The translations under genes were made by a program, and so were the position numbers. Positions 28,878 to 36,868 of a stretch of 64,000 nucleotides of DNA are shown piece after piece. The stretch is from an uncultured Candidatus Saccharibacteria bacterium (lineage in GTDB: Bacteria; Patescibacteriota; Minisyncoccia; Phycocordibacterales; Zambryskibacteraceae). The number at the start of each line of letters is the position of its first letter. The first letter of the stretch is position 1. The notes under the pieces were generated by a model that was given only the letters and a program-made list of their open reading frames with translations, was not told the origin of the DNA and did no database searches. Location: NCBI GenBank assembly GCA_964349945.1, contig CAYGIH010000001.1:169218-233217 (forward strand), written 5' to 3'.

Positions 28878-30176
28878 ATGGCTATTCTGAAGCACAAAAA
28901 TGCTGGTTTTAGGCGCACTCTTTCTTTGGGGTGGTTTCTGGCATATAGGCAGGTAAGACGCTCTAGCTTCGCTACTACCGCTCTTATTGTGTTTGTGATG
29001 ACTTTGACATTTTTGAATCTCGTAGTTGTTCGTGGGGTACTAGTTGGCCTCATTCAAGGGTCAACTGATGTTTATAAAAAGGCCTATGCTGGTGACATAA
29101 TTGTTTCCACTCTTCCAAAGAAAGATTTTATAGAGAATAGTTCAAACATAGAGAATATTATTTCAAATCTACCTTGGGTTGAAAGTTATTCTCCTAGGTA
29201 TGCAAAGGGTGGCAGTGTTGAAGCAGAATACAATATTAGAATTAAAGACACAGACGCGAAGAATATTACGAGTGGAGTATTTACCGGTATTAATCCAAGT
29301 AAAGAAGACGCAACCACCAATTTGTCCTCAAAGATGATTGAGGGTCAATATCTAAATGAAGCAGACACAGACAGTATTATGATTGGCTCAACTCTTCTTA
29401 AGAAATATACCCCAGTAGATGCTCCTGGACTTTCAATGCTTGAGAGAGTAAATGTTGGTGACAAGGTAAGAATCACGGTTAACGGTAATACTAAAGAGGT
29501 GACTCTAAAGGGAGTAGTGAAAAGCAAAGTGAATCAGGTAGATATGAGAATATTTATGCTTGATAGCGCCCTCAGACCATTGATTGATAGAAATGACTAT
29601 AATGTTTCAGAAATTGCAATAAAGTTAAAACCTCGCGCTGATGTTTTGTTTGTAAAGGATGCTTTAATAAAAAGTGGGGTAGGGGAGACAGCCAGAGTTC
29701 AAACCTCAGATGAAGCTCTTCCAAGTTTTTTAATTGATATAAAAAATACTTTTGGCCTTCTTGGAAATGTTATTGGTTCTATTGGTTTGGTTGTTGCCTC
29801 AATCACTATTTTTATTGTGATTTTTATTAATGCCATTACACGCCGCAAATATATAGGTATTATGAAAGGTATTGGTATTAATTCTGGGGTGATAGAAATC
29901 GCCTATGTTTTGCAGTCAATTTTTTATGCGAGCTTGGGGATTATTTTTGGAATGTTGATTCTCTATGGAGTTTTAGTCCCATTCATCATTGCTCACCCAA
30001 TAAGATTCCCATTTTCAGACGGTATCTTAGTTGCTGAGGTGCCAGCCACATTAATTCGAGCAGTACTACTAATGTTGGCTACATTAGTGGCAGGTTATAT
30101 CCCAGCAAGGATTGTGGTCAAAGAAAACACCCTTGATGCCATCCTTGGACGAATTAATACCAAACCCAAGAAATGA
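28878..30176 (+). CDS. ABC transporter permease of the FtsX/MacB type
   Basis: A TM1, a large periplasmic domain and three C-terminal TMs. It is followed by the ATPase. Confidence 0.7.
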   Translation: MAILKHKNAGFRRTLSLGWFLAYRQVRRSSFATTALIVFVMTLTFLNLVVVRGVLVGLIQGSTDVYKKAYAGDIIVSTLPKKDFIENSSNIENIISNLPWVESYSPRYAKGGSVEAEYNIRIKDTDAKNITSGVFTGINPSKEDATTNLSSKMIEGQYLNEADTDSIMIGSTLLKKYTPVDAPGLSMLERVNVGDKVRITVNGNTKEVTLKGVVKSKVNQVDMRIFMLDSALRPLIDRNDYNVSEIAIKLKPRADVLFVKDALIKSGVGETARVQTSDEALPSFLIDIKNTFGLLGNVIGSIGLVVASITIFIVIFINAITRRKYIGIMKGIGINSGVIEIAYVLQSIFYASLGIIFGMLILYGVLVPFIIAHPIRFPFSDGILVAEVPATLIRAVLLMLATLVAGYIPARIVVKENTLDAILGRINTKPKK

Positions 30177-30856
30177 TTGAAGCTAAAAATATAACTAAAA
30201 AGTTTGAGAGTGGAGATGGCAGTGAGCTTTTAGCTGTCAATAATGTTTCCTTTAGAATTAATGATGGGGAATTTGTAGCGATCACCGGTCGTTCAGGATC
30301 AGGAAAATCTACCCTCATGTATCAATTGGGTTTACTAGATGAGCCAACGAGTGGTCGAGTGATATTAGATGAGACTGATGTGACGGATTATTCTGCAGAT
30401 GACAAAACAAATATTCGTTTAAATTCTCTTGGATATATTTTTCAAGATTATGCATTATTACCTGAATTAAATGCATTAGAGAATGTTTTGATACCACTTC
30501 TGATGCAAGGACTGCCTGAGGAGATGGCATTAGAAAAAGCTGAGAAGTCTCTTGAGAGAATTGGTTTAGGAGACAAATTTTATAATCTTCCTTCGCAACT
30601 TTCTGGTGGACAACAACAGCGTGTCGCCATAGCAAGAGCTATTGCTCATGAGCCAAAAATTATTTTTGCTGACGAACCAACAGCCAATCTTGATTCTGAA
30701 TCATCACTGATAGTGATAAAAAATTTCATCGAACTTAACAAAGAAGGTCAAACAATCCTTATGGTGACACATGAAGCAGAATATGCTGCGATGGCTGATC
30801 GAGTCATCACTCTTGTAGATGGAGAAATTTTTAGTGATAAGAAAAATAAGTTATAA
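30173..30856 (+). CDS. ABC transporter ATP-binding protein (MacB/LolD-like)
   Basis: Walker A (GRSGSGKST), signature LSGGQQQRVAIARA, and Walker B (IIFADEPT). Confidence 0.85.
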   Translation: MIEAKNITKKFESGDGSELLAVNNVSFRINDGEFVAITGRSGSGKSTLMYQLGLLDEPTSGRVILDETDVTDYSADDKTNIRLNSLGYIFQDYALLPELNALENVLIPLLMQGLPEEMALEKAEKSLERIGLGDKFYNLPSQLSGGQQQRVAIARAIAHEPKIIFADEPTANLDSESSLIVIKNFIELNKEGQTILMVTHEAEYAAMADRVITLVDGEIFSDKKNKL

Positions 30857-30858
30857 TA

Positions 30859-32415
30859 ATGAAAATGAAGAATAGATTTGATACATTAATTAGAAAATAC
30901 TCAAAGAAACAATTGATAATATTGATTGTTGGTTTAGTAGTGGTTGTATATATTGGGTCTAAAATTTATGGCGGTTCGAGGAATATTACTTTTATCCCAG
31001 TAGAGCGCGGTTTAATAGAAGAAGAAGTATTAGTGACTGGTAAAACTGAATCTAAAACAGAAGTAAATCTTGGTTTCCAAACTAGTGGCAAGGTTGTTAT
31101 AGGCTCACCGGATGTTGGTTCTGTAGTTAGTGAAGGGGAAGTTTTGGCACGTTTGGATCAAAGTGACTTAATGGCCAAGATAATGAAAATAGATGCAAAT
31201 ATTAACCAAGCCCAAGTAGAATTAGATTCAACCAAGAGAAAGAGTGTGCTTTCAAATCAATCGGCGGTGAATGGTTTGGTGACCGCTCTCAAAGAGTCAT
31301 ATGTTAAGTCAGATAGTGCTGTTCGTAACAACACGGATCAATTTTTCATAAACCTCACTACATCAGCAATAGACTTTAAACCTTCTTTTATAGACAATGG
31401 AGTAACTTACTATGATTCAATTAGTAGAGATTTGAGGGAAAGAATTGTGAATAGCAGGATAAAAGTTCAAACCCTTCTAACTGACTGGCAAAAATCTCAA
31501 AGTAAAATAGATACAAATAGTGATTTAGTACCACAAATAAAACTTGCGCAGGATAATCTGAACCAAATAAAAACATATTTGGATTTGGTTTCAATAGCTA
31601 TTAATTCTCTTTCGCTTTCTGGGCAATCAGATGGTTATGCAAAGTATAATTCAACTATAGATGTATATAAAACAAGCATCTCAAGTGCTCGTAATTCTAT
31701 ACTGACCACTATTTCAAATCTTATTACAGCAGAAGAAAAATACAATAATGCTCCACAAGCCAACAACTCAAATCAGGTTTTTGATGATGTGTTGGTTAGC
31801 CAAGCAAAGTTAGATTCATTTAAAGCAGACAGAGCACTCATAGAAGCAGATTTGGCGAAAACAGTTCTACACTCTCCAATAAGTGGGGTAGTGACAAAAT
31901 CTGAGGCCAAAAGGGGAGAAATAGTGACAGCAGGAAATAGTCTCATTACAGTTATGTCTGAAAATAAACTCCAAATTAAAGCAGATGTATCTGAGATAAA
32001 TATTTCAAAGGTTAGGGTGGGGAATAGTGTTTCTATTACTTTTGATACAGATCTTTCTAAAACATATCAAGGTAAAATTTCCTACATTGATCCTGCTTCT
32101 ATTTTAGTTGATGGAGTGGCTACATATAAAGTAACAGTTGATTTTGATAATATTGAACAAATTAAAGATAATCCAATAATCAGAAATGGATTAACTGCCA
32201 ACTTGAGAATTCAAACTCAAAAGAGGGAAGATGTTCTACGGATTCCAGCATATGCCTTAGAGAAGAAAGCCGAGAAGGTATTTGTTCAGGTTTTAGAGAA
32301 TAATAAGGTAAAGCCAAGAGAAATTTTAATTGGTTTGAAGGGAAAAGATGGCTTTGTTGAGGTTATTTCTGGTTTGAATGAAGGGGACCAAGTAGAAATA
32401 GTGACTAACCAGTAA
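30859..32415 (+). CDS. periplasmic adaptor of the HlyD/MFP family
   Basis: An N-terminal TM, a long coiled-coil and beta-barrel/lipoyl-like ends. Positioned after the ABC pair. Confidence 0.6.
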   Translation: MKMKNRFDTLIRKYSKKQLIILIVGLVVVVYIGSKIYGGSRNITFIPVERGLIEEEVLVTGKTESKTEVNLGFQTSGKVVIGSPDVGSVVSEGEVLARLDQSDLMAKIMKIDANINQAQVELDSTKRKSVLSNQSAVNGLVTALKESYVKSDSAVRNNTDQFFINLTTSAIDFKPSFIDNGVTYYDSISRDLRERIVNSRIKVQTLLTDWQKSQSKIDTNSDLVPQIKLAQDNLNQIKTYLDLVSIAINSLSLSGQSDGYAKYNSTIDVYKTSISSARNSILTTISNLITAEEKYNNAPQANNSNQVFDDVLVSQAKLDSFKADRALIEADLAKTVLHSPISGVVTKSEAKRGEIVTAGNSLITVMSENKLQIKADVSEINISKVRVGNSVSITFDTDLSKTYQGKISYIDPASILVDGVATYKVTVDFDNIEQIKDNPIIRNGLTANLRIQTQKREDVLRIPAYALEKKAEKVFVQVLENNKVKPREILIGLKGKDGFVEVISGLNEGDQVEIVTNQ

Positions 32416-32568
32416 TTAGGTCAAAAATAGGCTGAATCGACTTATACATATATTGTTAAATAATGGCTTGAAATAAGGGTAGAATAGCTGAAATTAGGTC
32501 TAAAATACTTGACTTTTCGGTCCTAAGGTGCTAAGCTTATAAGGAATCAGCAAGGGCTGGTTTTTCAT

Positions 32569-33123
32569 TTGGGGGAGCATGACGGAAACGGCGTCCCAAA
32601 ATTAAAAGTTTACCTTAAAGTTATTTTACAGCTTACGACACTTAGTCTTCTCTTCAGTCTCTCGTCTTCGGCTGCAGCCACCTTACCAGCGTTGCTTCCA
32701 GCCACACCGGTTGATGCCACAAAGGTAACCGTTGCTGAGGTAAGAAAGCCCCAAACCAAAGACTTACAAGTCAAAGACTATGCGCCGATCACTGACCCAA
32801 AAAACGTAGCCCGTTATGTCAGTGACTATTTCGAAGACATTCCTCTTCTCGCACGTATCGCAGCATGCGAATCCCATAATCGTCAGTATGACAAAAATGG
32901 AAATGTGTTAAGAGGGGAGAAGAATCGCCACGATATAGGTGTGATGCAAATCAATGAGTTGTATCACCTCGAAGATTCCTTAGAAAAAAATCTAGACATT
33001 TACACCATAGAAGGTAACGTAGCATTTGCTCGTCACATCTATGAGAAACAAGGTGCCAAGCCATGGATGTCCTCATCCGCGTGTTGGTCCAAGTATGTGC
33101 AAAAGGAACTAGCAAGGATATAA
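32569..33123 (+). CDS. secreted lysozyme-like protein (SLT/Rpf-type transglycosylase-like) in a GC-richer region
   Basis: A signal-like N-terminus, and IAACESHNRQY...DIGVMQIN, which resembles the catalytic E-S ... G-[LVM]-MQI motif of lytic transglycosylases. Confidence 0.5.
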   Translation: MGEHDGNGVPKLKVYLKVILQLTTLSLLFSLSSSAAATLPALLPATPVDATKVTVAEVRKPQTKDLQVKDYAPITDPKNVARYVSDYFEDIPLLARIAACESHNRQYDKNGNVLRGEKNRHDIGVMQINELYHLEDSLEKNLDIYTIEGNVAFARHIYEKQGAKPWMSSSACWSKYVQKELARI

Positions 33124-33221
33124 GAATTACAAAAAACCACAGAGCAATCTGTGTTTTTTTGTTTGCAAAATTAGAACATTTATAGTAATCTTTGTATAGA
33201 CATTCAACCAAAGGGGGACAA

Positions 33222-33683
33222 GTGCTGGGTCATCCACTGCTAGGAACCGTTGGTGTGTTCATTTCCAATGGTCCAATTGGTTTTCATGCTGATAAGCGAC
33301 CTGTTTTTCTCCAAGCTGGAGGGGATAAGGGCTTCGCTTGTGTCATTGAAGAATCTCACCACCCCTTTGGTAACACTTCGAATGAAGTTCGAGCTATTGA
33401 TGACATCCTCGGCTTTCATCTTATAGAGGTAGACAGAGTTGTTGTCTATGTCGAACATCGAACCATTCGTGTCATTCGTAATCTGGTCGCTGCAGGGATT
33501 TCAGGAGAACGTCTCACCATTGTCACATGTACTCATCATCACGATGAAGTAAGAGCTATGGTGGAGACAATGTTTGGTTTGAATCGAGTAGAACTCATCA
33601 CTGATCAAGTGGAGTGTGGAGGTATGCAGATGATGGGAACGCTCCTTGAGCGTTTCAGGTTTGATCTCTGCCTTCACGACTAG
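33222..33683 (+). CDS. hypothetical His/Cys-containing protein (VTCTHHHDE), GC-rich, GTG start after AAGGGGGA
   Basis: An ORF with a strong RBS. The track ORF starts earlier at TTG. No motif recognised. Confidence 0.35.
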   Translation: MLGHPLLGTVGVFISNGPIGFHADKRPVFLQAGGDKGFACVIEESHHPFGNTSNEVRAIDDILGFHLIEVDRVVVYVEHRTIRVIRNLVAAGISGERLTIVTCTHHHDEVRAMVETMFGLNRVELITDQVECGGMQMMGTLLERFRFDLCLHD

Positions 33684-33894
33684 GGGATTAAGGATCTTTC
33701 TTGCGCGCCGTATCTGGTGCGCTTTTCTATAAATAATTTATTTAAAATATTTTCATACGATTATAAATATAAGAAATATTTAATTCATATATTCAGTATG
33801 GTGTAATGCAGTGCCTGCTCTAGGGAATAGGCATATTGAAGCTATAGGTACGTCGCACAATGTATCTTTGCGACCAATCTAGTCTTGAGAAAAC

Positions 33895-35103
33895 CTAGAC
33901 CACTTCCCCCATATATAAAATTTTGAAATGACGGCTTGGAGTATTTTTTCTCCTTTTATTTGCATTTAAACTTGAGCCGAGCATTATTGTCCCCGCTCCG
34001 AATCGTTTATCAATTTTATCTACAACTTTGAAAACTTTCTGTGATTTCTCACTTTTGACCACTTCCCCGAAAAGGTCGTTTTGAACGCCTGAAGTGAGTC
34101 CAGCCAGGGTCACCCCAGATGACCTATATTGAATATTGGGTCTAAAGATCTCTTTAAAGGATACTTCTATAGCCCTCATTATCTCTGAGGGGCTTGTAGA
34201 AGGTCGGTCAAGATTAATTTCTCCACGATGGTATCTAAACTCTGCAGTTTTAAGGAAAAAATATATTCTCTTTGGTGCAAGGTGCATCTGTCGTGCACGA
34301 GCGCACGCACATTCGACGTGCATAGAAAGTTCGGATAAAATTATTTCTTTATTGTTTGTTTTCATTCCAAACATTCTGGTGTGTTGAATACTTTTTTGAT
34401 CATCTGATTCGATACTGACTGGATGGACTGATAATCCTCGTAGTTCGTTCCAAGTATCCACATAAGGACGCGCGAGGTTTGTCTCTACCCAATCTTTCGA
34501 TTTATTTATAAATTCGAGCGCTGTCCTAATACCTAAACTTTGAAGCTTCTGATTTGTTTGCGGACCGATGCCCCAAACTTTGTTTATTGGTAAGTTTTTA
34601 AGGAAGTTCTCTATCTCATTTGGTTTTATGACTGTCAGACCATCAGGCTTTCGTGTCTTCGATGCCACCTTGGCCAAGACCTTGGTTGGGGCTATCCCTA
34701 TGCTGAAAGTCATACCTAATTCACGCTTTAAGTCGGCTTTTAAAGCCTCTCCAATGGCCCAAAATGGCCTTTTAAGGCCTGTTAGGTCCGCAAAGCATTC
34801 ATCTATGGAGTATTCCTCTACCCTGTCGGTATAGCGTCGCACAATATTGTACATTCTCTCGGCAAATATCCCATAAGCGAAGTAATTTGAATTCACCACT
34901 ACTACTTGGGGAAAATCTTTTTTTATTTTAAATATAGGCATACCTCGCACCACTCCGAGGGCTTTGGCTTCTTTACTCATGCTTGTGGCTATTCCCCTCT
35001 CGTGTCCTGTGACCACCGGTTTTCCTCTTAGGGTGACGTCCAAAGAAACTTCACAAGATGCGAAAAAAGAATCACCATCAACATGTAGAATTGTTTTCTG
35101 CAT
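33895..35103 (-). CDS. umuC: Y-family DNA polymerase (UmuC/DinB-like)
   Basis: MQKTILHVDGDSFFASCE...SIDECFADLTG. It is directly preceded by a UmuD-like gene. Confidence 0.8.
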   Translation of the reverse strand: MQKTILHVDGDSFFASCEVSLDVTLRGKPVVTGHERGIATSMSKEAKALGVVRGMPIFKIKKDFPQVVVVNSNYFAYGIFAERMYNIVRRYTDRVEEYSIDECFADLTGLKRPFWAIGEALKADLKRELGMTFSIGIAPTKVLAKVASKTRKPDGLTVIKPNEIENFLKNLPINKVWGIGPQTNQKLQSLGIRTALEFINKSKDWVETNLARPYVDTWNELRGLSVHPVSIESDDQKSIQHTRMFGMKTNNKEIILSELSMHVECACARARQMHLAPKRIYFFLKTAEFRYHRGEINLDRPSTSPSEIMRAIEVSFKEIFRPNIQYRSSGVTLAGLTSGVQNDLFGEVVKSEKSQKVFKVVDKIDKRFGAGTIMLGSSLNANKRRKNTPSRHFKILYMGEVV

Positions 35104-35426
35104 TAATATTTTCTAATGACTGATTTCACCACAGCTTCTACTTGTATTTCTTTCTTACTCTTTTTATCAAATCGTTTGAGGTGATAAGAGTCATCTACAA
35201 GGGCGACAATTAAGTCTCCGTTTTTAGGTGTGGCTCCACGGTCCACAATAATTAAATCTCCACGAAGTATACCTTCGTCCTGCATTGAATCTGTTTCTAC
35301 TCGGAGCATATAAGCTGATTCCATGTTCTCTATAAGGTATTCATCAAGGGTGATGGTGTCATCCATTTCTTCCACAATCACATTCGCAAATCCTGTTTTT
35401 ATTTGTTCCTTTTTAGTCTCTGCCAT
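35103..35426 (-). CDS. umuD: UmuD/LexA-C-terminal-like S24 peptidase
   Basis: VETDSMQDEGILRGDLIIVDR ... K(HLKRF) gives the Ser/Lys dyad arrangement. Its stop overlaps the polymerase start. Confidence 0.7.
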   Translation of the reverse strand: MAETKKEQIKTGFANVIVEEMDDTITLDEYLIENMESAYMLRVETDSMQDEGILRGDLIIVDRGATPKNGDLIVALVDDSYHLKRFDKKSKKEIQVEAVVKSVIRKY

Positions 35427-35452
35427 CCCCCAATTTTAGCATGGTTAAATTG

Positions 35453-35480
35453 TTGACAAGGTTTGGGAAAGGTCTATTAT
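35453..35480 (+). promoter_or_regulatory. sigma70 promoter: TTGACA, a 16-nt spacer, then TATTAT
   Basis: Read from the sequence. It is divergent from umuD. Confidence 0.55.
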
Positions 35481-35486
35481 CGATAT

Positions 35487-35659
35487 GGGTCTGGGCAACA
35501 CGCAACATCGACGAGTGTGAAGTGAAGCGGCGAAACCCCGTCCGGTGGGCTAATCAGCTGTTCTGGCGACAGGTACGCCAGTCGAGCGCAACCCGCGCCA
35601 GGAAGGCAGAGAAGCTGCCCAGACCCGTAGTTCCCCACTGCTTATGCGGTGGGTTTTTT
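35487..35659 (+). ncRNA. candidate structured small RNA 'A' of about 170 nt; its identity is unknown
   Basis: Locally GC-rich. The 5' GGGUCUGGGCA pairs perfectly with the 3' UGCCCAGACCC (11 bp). It ends in the hairpin CCACUGC-uuau-GCGGUGG followed by U6. The overlapping + ORF (35441..35671) is Arg-rich and reads through the terminator. Confidence 0.5.
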
Positions 35660-35667
35660 ATTTGGTA

Positions 35668-35696
35668 TTGACTAACTTTGAATTGTATTATATATT
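35668..35696 (+). promoter_or_regulatory. sigma70 promoter: TTGACT, a 17-nt spacer, then TATATT; for the membrane-protein gene
   Basis: Read from the sequence. A GGAGGA RBS lies before the ATG at 35738. Confidence 0.45.
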
Positions 35697-35737
35697 CAAT
35701 TTAGATTCTAGTTCGCCATCCAGTAGCCGGAGGACAC

Positions 35738-36085
35738 ATGCTCAGTACATTGAGGAGCTATTTGTTTAAGGAAGAGAAGCGAGTGTGGAGAATCTTTCTA
35801 GTAATGATGACTATTGATGTTCTCATCATTATCTTATGGGGTCTCTATGATCAGTCACATCTGCAAACGGACATGATCAAGCTCTCGCATGAAATACTGG
35901 GTGGTTGGTGGCTTACTGTCATGATTCTTATCACCATCTATCTAGTCTTTGGTTTCTTCTTTAGTTGGTGGATGACGGATGACGAAAGGTTCATGTTTGG
36001 TCCAATGATTCCTCCAGGAGCGTATCTGCTCATGGGTCATGTACCCATTGCTATGGTTGTGGGAGTGCACTGGTATCTGATGTGA
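35738..36085 (+). CDS. small polytopic membrane protein of 115 aa
   Basis: Three hydrophobic helices, an RBS, its own promoter and its own terminator. Confidence 0.5.
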   Translation: MLSTLRSYLFKEEKRVWRIFLVMMTIDVLIIILWGLYDQSHLQTDMIKLSHEILGGWWLTVMILITIYLVFGFFFSWWMTDDERFMFGPMIPPGAYLLMGHVPIAMVVGVHWYLM

Positions 36086-36105
36086 TGCATTTGAAATACG
36101 TAGTG

Positions 36106-36133
36106 CCCACTATCGCAAGATGGTGGGTTTTTT
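36106..36133 (+). terminator. intrinsic terminator
   Basis: CCCACTATC-gcaa-GATGGTGGG followed by TTTTTT. Confidence 0.6.
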
Positions 36134-36140
36134 CGTATTT

Positions 36141-36174
36141 AACATTCCAATATTCTTGAGAATGTTGGAATGTT
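36141..36174. promoter_or_regulatory. near-perfect 16-bp inverted repeat (operator-like) overlapping the -35 of promoter B
   Basis: AACATTCCAATATTCT-tg-AGAATGTTGGAATGTT, with 15 of 16 positions complementary. Confidence 0.4.
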
Positions 36175-36201
36175 GACACCGAAAAATTTAAGGTTTAATA
36201 T
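36173..36201 (+). promoter_or_regulatory. sigma70 promoter: TTGACA, a 17-nt spacer, then TAATAT
   Basis: Read from the sequence. Confidence 0.55.
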
Positions 36202-36206
36202 TTTAG

Positions 36207-36346
36207 TGGGCTGGGGCTCTGTCCCTGCTCGAGGGGAGGATAGAGACTCACGTAATGTTCTGCAGAACAGAAGCGTCAGGAGCTATACAACCCAAGGGAT
36301 ATCCCCCAGTCCACACGTCCACTGTCTTATGATGGTGGGTTTTTTT
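36207..36346 (+). ncRNA. candidate structured small RNA 'B' of about 140 nt; possibly a type I antitoxin-like RNA
   Basis: The 5' GUGGGCUGGGG pairs with the 3' CCCCAGUCCAC (11 bp, one G-U). It ends in CCACUGUC-uuau-GAUGGUGGG followed by U7, which nearly matches the terminator of RNA A. The overlapping + ORF (36170..36397) reads through the terminator. Confidence 0.45.
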
Positions 36347-36358
36347 ATTATTAAAAAA

Positions 36359-36378
36359 TCCAAAGTGTTACCTTTGGA
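36359..36378 (-). terminator. minus-strand intrinsic terminator, tail-to-tail with the terminator of RNA B
   Basis: The reverse complement gives TCCAAAG-gtaaca-CTTTGGA followed by TTTTTT. Confidence 0.5.
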
Positions 36379-36380
36379 TA

Positions 36381-36500
36381 CTAGTCTCGCTCGATGATTC
36401 TCGGTGGTTTGCCGAGTAAATAGGTTCTGACAAACTGCCAAAGTACGACCACGAGTGAGGCGATGATGATGATTTCGGCATCGCTAGGATACTTGCTCAT
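36381..36500 (-). CDS. 39-aa hydrophobic peptide (MSKYPSDAEIIIIASLVVVLWQFVRTYLLGKPPRIIERD); candidate type I toxin-like peptide
   Basis: It is not in the ORF track because it is under 60 aa. It has an AAGGAG RBS 5 nt upstream of the ATG, one TM helix and its own terminator. Confidence 0.4.
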   Translation of the reverse strand: MSKYPSDAEIIIIASLVVVLWQFVRTYLLGKPPRIIERD

Positions 36501-36571
36501 TGTTGCTCCTTGCTGAGTGTCTACATTGACTCTACAACTTCAATAAAATTTTTTCAAGAAAAAGCCCGATG

Positions 36572-36868
36572 TTATTCGGGCGTAGGGATACGGTGGTCGA
36601 CGGATGAAATGTGCACATCACCAGTTTGCTCCTCGGCACGAGTATTCGCATTCTGGCCTGAGAGAGATGGCCTTGGCCGAACAACTGGTTCCCTAACTCC
36701 TACTCCATGAGCAGGATCAGCGGGTGGCCGAGGCCTGTTTCTCGGTCTGTGGTTGATGTGGACAACTGAACCATGTTCATCCTTCTTTTTGTATCTGAAT
36801 GACCATAGCCATATACCAAAGGCACTCAGGATAACCGAAATGAGCACAACAATGAGCCATATGGGCAT
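36572..36868 (-). CDS. membrane-anchored protein with a Pro/Arg-rich tail
   Basis: An AGGAGA RBS and an N-terminal TM (IWLIVVLISVILSAFGIWLW). The terminator hairpin GCCCG-aauaacau-CGGGC plus a U-run overlaps the stop codon. Confidence 0.45.
   Translation of the reverse strand: MPIWLIVVLISVILSAFGIWLWSFRYKKKDEHGSVVHINHRPRNRPRPPADPAHGVGVREPVVRPRPSLSGQNANTRAEEQTGDVHISSVDHRIPTPE

Noticed and set aside
35487-35659. Assigning RNA A to tmRNA or RNase P
   Set aside because: It is too short. It lacks the tmRNA tRNA-like end and tag ORF, and lacks the RNase P P4/CR-I-CR-V consensus strings. Its identity is left open.
35441-35671. A 76-aa + ORF across sRNA A
   Set aside because: It is Arg/Trp-rich, starts inside the promoter and reads through the terminator hairpin. 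The region shows strong RNA-structure features instead.
36170-36397. A 75-aa + ORF across sRNA B
   Set aside because: It starts within the promoter, runs through the terminator, and has an Arg/Ser-rich composition. It is more likely non-coding.
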